This document shows, in pieces, positions 28,902 to 37,094 of a DNA stretch of 64,000 nt (the first letter of the stretch is position 1; each line of letters starts with the position of its first letter). A program made the position numbers and the translations under genes. Below the pieces are notes generated by a model. It had not been told where the DNA came from. It did not search any database and saw nothing but the letters and a program-made list of their open reading frames with translations. Where the stretch lies: the NCBI GenBank assembly GCA_030601675.1, contig JAUWBN010000002.1:2150-66149 (forward strand). The letters are read 5' to 3'. Source of the DNA: Hadesarchaea archaeon. Its GTDB lineage: Archaea > Hadarchaeota > Hadarchaeia > Hadarchaeales > Hadarchaeaceae.

Positions 28902-29370
28902 AATTTCTCACCCCAACGACAGCGGCTGAAAGAAGAGGTCGTGGAACGTATTTAGGGAGTGTGGTGAAAATTTTGAACTTCGAGTTTAAAGTCAGAGAAA
29001 TTTTTGCACGCATTATAAAATTATCTATGTCACAATTTTTCACCTCCAGAAAACTGGGCGCACCGGCATTAAACGGTGAATTTGGTGCTTTTATTTGAAT
29101 ACGCACTTCTGTTTCCCCAATAAAACCTAAAAGGGGATTTTTTAAAGTCATTTTTGGGGAGAGGTCACCGAAAGTATTCCCAATCCCAAATTCCTAGGTT
29201 TATACAGTTTATTTTCAAAATAGCTCTAAAAAAGCGGATTTTCTGCAAAACGCCATTTTATCTTCCGAGTTCGAGTGGAAACAGTCGAAAACAGGGGAAA
29301 TGTAGGTCTAAAAGCTTCGAGTTCTGGGTTAACCTTCAAATTTTAAATTTTGGAGACGCCTTTTTGTGTA
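28902..29370. other. candidate replication origin (oriC) with ORB-like elements and AT-rich core
   Basis: GTTCGAGTGGAAACAGTCGAAAACAGGGG at 29269..29297; inverted CTGTTTCC at 29109..29116; long AT-rich gene-free gap upstream of the mcm-cdc6 operon. Confidence 0.65.
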
Positions 29371-30669
29371 CTAACGTATTTTCGCGTATTCGTAAGCTTC
29401 AGTAGCCGACTCAAAACAATAATGAACTTTCTGATAATCGCGCCTGAACTCGGCCACATCAGCTGCGACGCGCTTGGTTTCCTCCCCATCGACGACCACC
29501 CGCTTGATAAACTCCGCTATCTCCCCCATTTGACGCTCCTTCACGCCGAGTCGCGTCACCTCGGAGGTTCCCAGCCTTATCCCGCCCGGGTTTTTGTAGT
29601 GTCGCCCCTCGCGGATGTCCCAGGGTAGCAGGTTGCGGTTGAGCACGATGTTGGCCTTCTCGAGCCGCTGTTCCAAAGCCCCTCCATCTCCGTACTTGGT
29701 GATGTCGACGACGATCGTGTGTGAGGCCGTGAAGCCCAAATCCGGACACAGGGCCGCCAGACCCCGGTCATAAAGCGCCTTTCCTAAAGCCTTCGCGTTT
29801 TTCACTATCTGTGCGGTGTACTCCTTCCCGAACTCCAACATCTCCGCGAGCACCACGGCTACACCGGCGACTGCATGCAGGTGGTGATTGCTCACGACCC
29901 CCGGGAAAACGGCTTTGTTTATGGGCTCCGCCAGCTCCTTCGTGCACAAGATCATGCCGTGCTGGGGCCCTGGGAGGGTCTTGTGGGTGCTGCAAGTCAT
30001 GACCTCCGCCCCTTCGCGCAGGGGGTCCTGGAACTGCCCGCCCGCGATCAACCCCGCGACGTGAGCAGCATCGTACAGAACGCGCGCTCCATTTTCACGC
30101 GCTACCTCGCTCAGCTCCTTGACGGGGTGCGGGAAGAGGAAAACACTTCCACCGAAGGTCAGGAGCTTTGGCTTGACCTCGGCAATGCGCTTCGTCGCGG
30201 CGTCCACATCAATGTTCATGCTCTTCTCGTCGAGGGGGAGGTATTCTATCTCTAGCCCATGGACCGCCCCGGCCGTCCCTCCAAACTTCTTCTTTCCCAT
30301 GCTGATGTGACCACCTGAAGCAATCGAGATGCACATCATGGTGTCGCCTGGCTCCGTGAGGGCTGTGTAGGCCGCGAGGTTTGCAGTGAGCCCCGAAACC
30401 GGCTGCACATTCGCGTGCTCGGCTTTGAAGAGTTTGCGGGCCAGCTCCATCGCGAGCAGCTCGACCTGGTCGATGTAGATGCACCCGGCGTAGACCCGCT
30501 CCCCTGGCCAGCCTTCGGCATAGCGATTCCCAAAATCGCAGGTGAGCGCCTCCCGCACCGCTGGCGAAGGAACGTTCTCGCTGGCTATTAGCGGTAAAAC
30601 TGTTTTGAACCACTCGTGATGCTTCTGCAAAAGCTCCAAAGTGTGCTCGTAAGCTTCTTTTGCCTGCAT
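29371..30669 (-). CDS. glyA: serine hydroxymethyltransferase
   Basis: LIASEN, RYAEG, GGHISM, DAAHVAGL, STHKTLPGPQHG. Confidence 0.97.
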   Translation of the reverse strand: MQAKEAYEHTLELLQKHHEWFKTVLPLIASENVPSPAVREALTCDFGNRYAEGWPGERVYAGCIYIDQVELLAMELARKLFKAEHANVQPVSGLTANLAAYTALTEPGDTMMCISIASGGHISMGKKKFGGTAGAVHGLEIEYLPLDEKSMNIDVDAATKRIAEVKPKLLTFGGSVFLFPHPVKELSEVARENGARVLYDAAHVAGLIAGGQFQDPLREGAEVMTCSTHKTLPGPQHGMILCTKELAEPINKAVFPGVVSNHHLHAVAGVAVVLAEMLEFGKEYTAQIVKNAKALGKALYDRGLAALCPDLGFTASHTIVVDITKYGDGGALEQRLEKANIVLNRNLLPWDIREGRHYKNPGGIRLGTSEVTRLGVKERQMGEIAEFIKRVVVDGEETKRVAADVAEFRRDYQKVHYCFESATEAYEYAKIR

Positions 30670-31889
30670 CAGACCCTCTCCATTTTCTTTAGGGCCTCCT
30701 CATAGCTCAGGGCCACGCGGGGGTGCTCCGCAACTTTCATTGCCTCTTCGGGGTCTTTAAGCACACACCCCGTCGCCACGCACACCACGCACTCATCCCG
30801 CTTGACGGCTCCCTGACGCACGAGCTTTTTGAGCCCCGCGATCGTGGACGCGCTGGCGGGCTCCACTCCTATCCCCTCCAAGCGGGCCATCGACTTTTGG
30901 GCCTTTATGATTTCTTTGTCGCTTACCGCCTCGGCAGCGCCCTTTGAGGTCCGAATCGCTCGAATCGCCTTTGGACCGTTCACGGGGTTGCCTATGCGAA
31001 TCGCCGTGGCTATCGTTTCGGGTTTTTTAACAGGTTTGAATTTATCAAGTCCCCCCTTGACAGCGTCGACGATCGGCTTTGCCCCTTCGGCCTGGATTCC
31101 CATCATCGCGGGTATCCCCTTCGTCAGCCCGACCGCGTCGAACTCTAAAAAGCCCTTGTAAATCGCCCATATGTTGGCGCAGTTTCCCATGGGGACCACC
31201 ACGCGGTCTGGCACCTTCCACCCGAGCTGATCGGCGATTTCGAACCCTATCGATTTCTGGCCCTGAAGCCTGAACGGGTTTAGGGAGTTTAGAAGGTAGA
31301 TGTCCTTCCGCTCCTCACATATCCTGCGCACGAGCGCAAGCGCTTGGTCGAAATTTCCTTTGATCGCTATCGTCCGCGCACCGTACACCAGCGTCTGCGC
31401 CAGCTTGCCCCGTGCCACCTTACCCTTGGGGAGCAAGACCACGCAGCGTAGCCCGGCCTTGGCCGCGTAGGCCGCCAGCGACGCCGAGGTGTTGCCCGTC
31501 GAGGCGCACGCGACAGTCCGGGCCCCCAGCTCGAGCGCCTTCGTGATGCCGACAGTCATCCCCCGGTCCTTGAAGGAGCCCGTTGGGTTGGCCCCCTCAA
31601 ATTTCACGTAGAGCTCCCGGACCCCGACCTCGCGGGCGAGACGGTCGCAGCGGTAGAGGGGCGTCCCTCCCTCGCCCAGGCTGACGATTTTCGATTCATC
31701 CAAGATAGGTATGAACGCGCGATACTTCCAGACGCTCGGCGGCTCGGCCCTCAAGCGCTTGCGATCGAGCCTCCGCTTCAGCTCACTTGGCTCGAACTCG
31801 ACCTCGAGCAAGCCTCCGCACTTTGGGCACGTGTAAAATCTCTCGTGGATCTTGAACTTGCCGCCGCACTCGATGCACTCCAGCCGCAA
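30669..31889 (-). CDS. thrC: threonine synthase
   Basis: N-terminal CxxC..CxxC, GEGGTP, NPTGSFKDRG, ASTGNTSAS, EPASA. Confidence 0.95.
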   Translation of the reverse strand: MRLECIECGGKFKIHERFYTCPKCGGLLEVEFEPSELKRRLDRKRLRAEPPSVWKYRAFIPILDESKIVSLGEGGTPLYRCDRLAREVGVRELYVKFEGANPTGSFKDRGMTVGITKALELGARTVACASTGNTSASLAAYAAKAGLRCVVLLPKGKVARGKLAQTLVYGARTIAIKGNFDQALALVRRICEERKDIYLLNSLNPFRLQGQKSIGFEIADQLGWKVPDRVVVPMGNCANIWAIYKGFLEFDAVGLTKGIPAMMGIQAEGAKPIVDAVKGGLDKFKPVKKPETIATAIRIGNPVNGPKAIRAIRTSKGAAEAVSDKEIIKAQKSMARLEGIGVEPASASTIAGLKKLVRQGAVKRDECVVCVATGCVLKDPEEAMKVAEHPRVALSYEEALKKMERV

Positions 31890-31891
31890 GT

Positions 31892-32905
31892 CTAGCCCCC
31901 GAGCGTTCGGTGGATGTCTATCAGGTCACCGAGCAGTGAGCTGGAAGTCTCCTTCGGTCCCGCCCCAAAGCCTGTGATCGAGATCTCCCGCGCCAGATCG
32001 AGCTCAAAGGTCACCGCGTTCAAGGTGCCGCCAACGGCAAGGGGGTGCCCGAGGGGGACGAGCTTCGGCCCCACCTCAAGCGAGCCGCGTTTCGCAATGC
32101 CGATGAGCTTTATCATCTGCCCCGCCTCCTTGGCCAGCCGAATCGCCTCGGGCCGAACCCGTTTGATGCCCGCCACCTTGACATCCTTGAGCCTCGCGTT
32201 CATTCCCAGCAGGGAGTTCGCTAGGATGGTGATCTTGGAGGCGGTATCGATGCCCTCGATATCGAGAGTCGGGTCCTTCTCGGCGACCCCCAGCTCCTGG
32301 GCCTCCCGGAGGACGACCTCGAAGGGGGCACCCTCCCTGCTCATGCGCGTGAGGATGTAGTTCGTGGTGCCGTTGAGCACGCCCCGAATCTCGCGGATCT
32401 CGTTTCCAGCCAACAGCTCCTTCGCGAGCCCCACCACCGGCACGGCTCCACCCACCGAAGCGGAATACCTGAACTCCACGCCGCATCGACGGGCCAGCGA
32501 GTCGAGCTCCCTAAAGGCGACCACGAGGGGGCCCTTGTTCGAGGTTATGACGTGCTTCCCCGCCCGCATCGCGCGCTTGATGTGGGTCAGCCCCGGCTCC
32601 CCCGTTTTGATGTTGGTTGGCGTGAGTTCGTAAACGACATCGGCCTCGACCCCCTCGATTACCCGAAGGGCGAACTTGCCCCGCTTCCCGCCCCTGTATG
32701 CGGCCACCGTTCCCGCTTTCCCCGCGACCCTGAGCAGCCTCGTTAAATTGAGCCCCTTCTCATCAACCGCGGCGCCGAACTCGTCGACGGCTGCAACCAC
32801 GCGGGGGATCAAACCATGGCTCCTGCGCAGGAAACTCGCCTTTTGAATAAGGACGCGGCTAAGCCCCCTGCCCAAGTTTCCGAACCCAACGAGCACCAGG
32901 CGCAT
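31892..32905 (-). CDS. hom: homoserine dehydrogenase
   Basis: GFGNLG, TSNKGP, SVGGAVP, GVLNGTTNYIL, AEKDPTLDIEGID. Confidence 0.95.
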   Translation of the reverse strand: MRLVLVGFGNLGRGLSRVLIQKASFLRRSHGLIPRVVAAVDEFGAAVDEKGLNLTRLLRVAGKAGTVAAYRGGKRGKFALRVIEGVEADVVYELTPTNIKTGEPGLTHIKRAMRAGKHVITSNKGPLVVAFRELDSLARRCGVEFRYSASVGGAVPVVGLAKELLAGNEIREIRGVLNGTTNYILTRMSREGAPFEVVLREAQELGVAEKDPTLDIEGIDTASKITILANSLLGMNARLKDVKVAGIKRVRPEAIRLAKEAGQMIKLIGIAKRGSLEVGPKLVPLGHPLAVGGTLNAVTFELDLAREISITGFGAGPKETSSSLLGDLIDIHRTLGG

Positions 32906-33403
32906 CTACCCCGCCTCGAGCGAAGTTATTAAAAGCAACTTTTTTCGGGCGGCTATGCGCTGGAGGTTGGAGATCGCTAAGCTCGCGCGCTTCTCATCGT
33001 CTGTCGTGATCGTCATTCGGGCTGCTGATTCTTGACCTAGCCCGCCCATCGCGAGGCTCAGATCAGACACCCTCACCCCCCTGAGGGCATCCAGACGATC
33101 GATCGTGTCCCGGATGTCGGTGTGGGGGCCTATCAACAAAGCTGTCGTCCTCGCGGCGCCCTCTCGCTCCCCGAGCTGGGTGACCCGTACGCCCCTCGCC
33201 CGAAGCGTCGCCAGAATTCGGTTGAGCCTCGCCCGATCACCGACCTCGAAGACCAACATGACTGGTATCCGCCCGAGTGGCGTCTTCCGCTCGCGCTGGT
33301 GCATGATGCTTTGAATGTTTCCTCCTAGGCGTGAGATCGGCTCGAGCGCCTTGAGGAGCTGCCCAGGGACATCCTCGAGCTCCATCACGATTTTTACGAG
33401 CAA
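32906..33403 (-). CDS. ACT-domain allosteric partner of homoserine dehydrogenase
   Basis: LEDVPGQL..L.PIS..GGNI.S..H; directly upstream of hom. Confidence 0.85.
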   Translation of the reverse strand: MLVKIVMELEDVPGQLLKALEPISRLGGNIQSIMHQRERKTPLGRIPVMLVFEVGDRARLNRILATLRARGVRVTQLGEREGAARTTALLIGPHTDIRDTIDRLDALRGVRVSDLSLAMGGLGQESAARMTITTDDEKRASLAISNLQRIAARKKLLLITSLEAG

Positions 33404-33465
33404 TCCTTCACCCTCCTTCGATTACCTGAACCGTGGCTAAAAACCCCCTGTTTCAAATGAGGACG

Positions 33466-33495
33466 AATCGCCTTAAATATTACTTCGAGGCGATT
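33466..33495. promoter_or_regulatory. 8-bp inverted repeat enclosing a TATA-like box upstream of the ACT-hom-thrC-glyA operon
   Basis: AATCGCCT-N14-AGGCGATT around TTAAATA. Confidence 0.4.
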
Positions 33496-33521
33496 AAATC
33501 TCAGTGACTCAGGCAAGACGA

Positions 33522-34715
33522 TCAAAGTTGGAGGAATTTGTCCATGAGTTTGTAACCCTCTAAAATGCCAAATGATCCCCTCTTAGCTGAAAATTCATCG
33601 AAGGATTTCACCGCATCCCCCGGATCCCTCGTCGAGTAAATCGCGAATGGCACGGGGTCTGGGACGTGGATCCTAACCTTTATCGGCGTTGGGTGGTCGG
33701 CTAGGATCGAGATGACGTATTCATCTTTTAACCCATCCAATATTTTTGCGAGCAGACGGGAATCGATATTTTCAATCGCTTCGATTTTCCTCTCGACGTC
33801 GCCCGCATGCCCGGCTTCATCCGGCGCCTCAACGTGGATGAAAACCAAGTCATGATCCTTCAACGCCTTTAGCCCAAACTTGGCCTTATTTTCATAGTTC
33901 GTGTCGTAATAGCCAGTGGCCCCCGGAACCTCGAGCTTGCTCATGCCAGCGCGTACCCCTATACCTTTAACTATGTTTACGGCCGACACGATGGCTCCTT
34001 TAATCCCATATTTTTTAACCAAGGTTTCCATCCTCGGCTTTTTTCCCTGTCCCCATACCCAAATCATGTTGGCTGGTTTCCTCCCCCTTTTTACCCTAGC
34101 GATGTTTGTCGGGTGATCTGAGAGGATTTGTTTTGAACTCAGGATCATCCCATTCAAAGTTTTGGCAACTTCGCTGTTCTTCGGCTTAACCAGGTGCCCG
34201 CTGAGTCTTTCGCCAACGATATCATGGGGCGGCGTGGTTTTGATTTTATCCGAGCCCCTCGGTGCATTTCTCATTACAAACAGATGGCGGTAGCTAACGC
34301 CCGCGTAGAAATCGCCCAAATGTCCATAAGCCCCCTTCACCGCGCTTATCAATTCCTGAGCTTCCTCGGTGGTTATGTGGTCGGCACTGTAGTCCGCCAT
34401 TATCCCCTTTTCCTCCGTTACCAGGTTACATCTGAAGGCGAGGTCCTCTTTCCCCAATTTAACGTCCATGCCCGCGGCCTCCAAAGGGCCCCTGCCGGTA
34501 TGATACTTCCTCGGGTCGTAGCTCAATATTGACATTATCGCGATATCGGTTTCCGGCTCCATCCCCCTCGGGACGGTTTTCAGCAGCCCATTCCTGCCGT
34601 GGGAGGCTATCCAATCCATATTCGGTTTATTTGCGACCTGCAGGGGGGTTTTGCCCCCGAGTTCCTCTAAGGGGTAGCCAGCCATCCCATCCCCAACGAC
34701 AATGATAAATTTCAT
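33522..34715 (-). CDS. apgM: cofactor-independent phosphoglycerate mutase family (ApgM; proposed homoserine-kinase subgroup)
   Basis: GDGMA, GKTPLQVA, YHTGRGPLEA, HVEAPDEAGH, ADHPTP. Confidence 0.88.
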   Translation of the reverse strand: MKFIIVVGDGMAGYPLEELGGKTPLQVANKPNMDWIASHGRNGLLKTVPRGMEPETDIAIMSILSYDPRKYHTGRGPLEAAGMDVKLGKEDLAFRCNLVTEEKGIMADYSADHITTEEAQELISAVKGAYGHLGDFYAGVSYRHLFVMRNAPRGSDKIKTTPPHDIVGERLSGHLVKPKNSEVAKTLNGMILSSKQILSDHPTNIARVKRGRKPANMIWVWGQGKKPRMETLVKKYGIKGAIVSAVNIVKGIGVRAGMSKLEVPGATGYYDTNYENKAKFGLKALKDHDLVFIHVEAPDEAGHAGDVERKIEAIENIDSRLLAKILDGLKDEYVISILADHPTPIKVRIHVPDPVPFAIYSTRDPGDAVKSFDEFSAKRGSFGILEGYKLMDKFLQL

Positions 34716-34758
34716 TTGCCCATCCCAGATTGATTATCTCAAATACTATTTTTGATTT

Positions 34759-34778
34759 TGTAAACTCCCCAGTTTACA
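34759..34778. promoter_or_regulatory. perfect 8-bp inverted repeat upstream of apgM
   Basis: TGTAAACT-CCCC-AGTTTACA. Confidence 0.45.
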
Positions 34779-34834
34779 CATCAAGTTTGTTCACAATAAA
34801 CAGTCCCCCATTCTGAGGCAGGTAAGAGGTCAGG

Positions 34835-35443
34835 TCAATTAGGCCTCATGCGGGGATATCGTCTTCGCCTCGGGATCGAGATGATCAACAGCTCCTCCTT
34901 CAACTCGACCTCTCGCTCGCTTGGCGCCGCATCCGGAGGGAGTTCGAAAGCTCCGAAATATGCCTCGCCGCTGGGCTTCCGCGCGATGACCTCGAGCGTG
35001 TTGCCGAGTTGCCTTACTTCAACGTCCTCCTTTTTAATCCCGGGAGTCTGCATCGTGAGCACCACTTCATTGAGGCGCTCGATTTTTCCAACATTCGTTT
35101 CCAGCATCTTGGATATCGGTTTGACCTCCCTCGGTTTCTCGGCGGGCTTTGGCCGCTCCAGCTTAGGCGCTTCCACGGGCGAAATTTTCGCTGGGCGTTC
35201 ACCGATCCGCGTCACCTTGACCTCGGGTTTTCCCTCACCGAAGTCCCTTATTTCTATCTTAAATCCAACGGCGCCCGGTATTCGCTCGAACTTGCTGACA
35301 TCAACCTTGAACTCTTTTCTCATACGCTCGAGCTCTTGGTCGAACTCTAAGTCTCGAAGAAAATGCTTCCTAAAGTCCCGCAGAAACCGCTTGAAGAACT
35401 CATCGTCGAATGGGTCGTATGATATGTGCTCACCAAAAGTCAA
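34835..35443 (-). CDS. small heat shock protein (Hsp20/alpha-crystallin-like); start uncertain
   Basis: YDPFDDEFF N-terminus, PGAVGFKIEI..FG.GKPEV, QTPGIKKEDVEV..LEVIA. No in-frame ATG near the expected start (TTG 35443, or ATA 35425 after GGTGAG). Confidence 0.75.
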   Translation of the reverse strand: MTFGEHISYDPFDDEFFKRFLRDFRKHFLRDLEFDQELERMRKEFKVDVSKFERIPGAVGFKIEIRDFGEGKPEVKVTRIGERPAKISPVEAPKLERPKPAEKPREVKPISKMLETNVGKIERLNEVVLTMQTPGIKKEDVEVRQLGNTLEVIARKPSGEAYFGAFELPPDAAPSEREVELKEELLIISIPRRRRYPRMRPN

Positions 35444-35514
35444 GTGTTTCGACTGGCACTTATACTTTAAGGAGTGGGCGACGACTCTCGTAGAAAAATG
35501 AAACCGCGCTTCGA

Positions 35515-35655
35515 TTATTCCCTTTCCAGCTCCTCGTAGGGCTCCACTTCTGAGTAGAGGCACTCACCATTCGAGTAGTAGCCGCACTCTGAGCAACACT
35601 CGTTCCGGTTCTCGCACCCATCGTACATGCAACACCGAGGACAACACTTCGGCAT
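35515..35655 (-). CDS. 46-aa cysteine-rich small protein
   Basis: MPKCCPRCCMYDGCENRNECCSECGYYSNGECLYSEVEPYEELERE; GGTGG SD-like upstream; TTAAATA box near 35700. Confidence 0.7.
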   Translation of the reverse strand: MPKCCPRCCMYDGCENRNECCSECGYYSNGECLYSEVEPYEELERE

Positions 35656-35760
35656 TTCTTCCCACCGAGAATTTCGTTTTTGATATGAGAAAAATCGCTT
35701 ATTTAAGGCTTTCGAAGATTTTAGGAAAGTTTTTATGGAAGTTAAACCAATTTTTTTATT

Positions 35761-36043
35761 GCGCCGGGAGAGCAAACCGGAAGGGCCCCTAGAATTGATC
35801 CTGGTGGATCCCACTGCTAGGGGTTTCAAGCGGGCTGGGCCAGCTCGAAGGAACCCTGAACGGCAGGCTGACGGGGTTGATTCAAAAGCGCTCGAAGGGT
35901 TGCGGCGTGGAGAACTCGTAAGGGTAATCCGCACGGTCCGTGATGGGTCGGAACGACGTGGTTCGGCGGGCTGCCCAAAAAGTGGTCCGGGCGGGCTACG
36001 TTGTCTGCAGTCATCGAGTTGCCCGCGGCTCTTATCTCGGCGC
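35761..36043 (+). ncRNA. candidate structured non-coding RNA (~283 nt), family unrecognised
   Basis: Termini pair (GCGCCGGGA/TCTCGGCGC); many internal helices with G-U pairs; BRE/TATA-like GAAAGTTTTTATG about 30 nt upstream. Confidence 0.65.
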
Positions 36044-36094
36044 ACCCTTTGATAAAAAATTTAAGGTCGAAGAAACAGATTTTTTCTGGTTGTC

Positions 36095-36205
36095 ATGCCC
36101 AAGAAGAAAAGACCCGAGTACGAGCGGAAGCTCAAGCTCATCCGCCAACGCATCCTCGCGCCAAGTGATGTCGCCAAGCGTCTGCGAAAGAAATCGAAGA
36201 AATAG
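36095..36205 (+). CDS. 36-aa highly basic small protein (not in ORF track)
   Basis: MPKKKRPEYERKLKLIRQRILAPSDVAKRLRKKSKK, 16 of 36 residues K/R; AAATTTAAG box about 35 nt upstream. Confidence 0.6.
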   Translation: MPKKKRPEYERKLKLIRQRILAPSDVAKRLRKKSKK

Positions 36206-36217
36206 CGCGGTGCGTAT

Positions 36218-37093
36218 GTGGATGTAATCCGGGAGTTCGACCCCTGGGGCGATCCCCTCTGTACCTGCCCGAAAAAGTATGGGTTCAACCCTTACACGGG
36301 CTGTCCCCATCGTTGTATTTATTGCTACATCACCTCTTACATCCCGCGAGCTTTTGAATGTAGGGTAAAGAAAAATTTATTGAAGCGTGTTGCGCGTGAT
36401 CTCAAGCGGGTTGACAAGCGTCGCGTCATCAGCATGTCGAACAGTTCTGACCCATACCCGCCGATGGACGCCAAACTCAAATTAACCCGTGCTTGTCTCG
36501 AACTTTTTTCACGCGAAGGTTGCCGCGTACAAGTGGTAACGAAATCTGACCTCGTCACCCGCGATATAGACATACTTTTACAGCTATCCTCGGTGGTCAG
36601 TTTTACGATAACTACTCTGAAAAGAAATTTGAGTCGAAAACTCGAGCCGCTGGCACCTCCGCCCAAGCGAAGATTGAAAGCGATGAAAAAACTCTCGAGT
36701 GCTGACGTGCCGGTGGGTCTGCGTCTCGACCCGATCATCCTAGGATTAAATGATGTCGAAATTGATCGAATAATTGAAGCTGTCGCTAGTGTTGGTGCTA
36801 AGCACGTAACTTCGTCAACGTTTAAGCCACGCCCCGATGGTTGGCATCGTTTTCAGCGAGTTTTTCCTGAAACCGCGGCCAAGCTCACGCCGTTATACTT
36901 CGAGCAAGGCAAACGGCACCACAACAGCTGGTACTTGCCACGGGAGGTTAGGCTCGAGCTCATGAAACGAATCAGAGAAACATGTACCGCCCATGGACTC
37001 ACCTTCGCCTCCTGCCGTGAAGGACTGCAGGAATTGACGACCGGTGCAAGCTGTGACGGGAGTCATTTAATTTCGAGGAAGGGTTCAAGCTGA
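36218..37093 (+). CDS. radical SAM protein, SplB-like
   Basis: DPW..LCTCP, FNPYTGCPHRCIYCY, SNSSDPYP, VVTKS. Confidence 0.88.
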   Translation: MDVIREFDPWGDPLCTCPKKYGFNPYTGCPHRCIYCYITSYIPRAFECRVKKNLLKRVARDLKRVDKRRVISMSNSSDPYPPMDAKLKLTRACLELFSREGCRVQVVTKSDLVTRDIDILLQLSSVVSFTITTLKRNLSRKLEPLAPPPKRRLKAMKKLSSADVPVGLRLDPIILGLNDVEIDRIIEAVASVGAKHVTSSTFKPRPDGWHRFQRVFPETAAKLTPLYFEQGKRHHNSWYLPREVRLELMKRIRETCTAHGLTFASCREGLQELTTGASCDGSHLISRKGSS

Positions 37094-37094
37094 C

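Noticed and set aside
35761-36043. Identification as SRP RNA, RNase P RNA, H/ACA guide or group I intron
   Set aside because: CCGGAAGGG, GGCGGGCUAC and UGCGG/AAUCCGCA fragments occur but in the wrong order or context. No helix-8 loop, P4 5' strand, ACA box or P7 pair was found.
35735-36052. 105-aa + strand ORF over the structured element
   Set aside because: The ATG sits inside the TATA-like box with no SD, and the R/G/S-rich composition is typical of ORFs read through structured RNA. Kept only as the alternative hypothesis.
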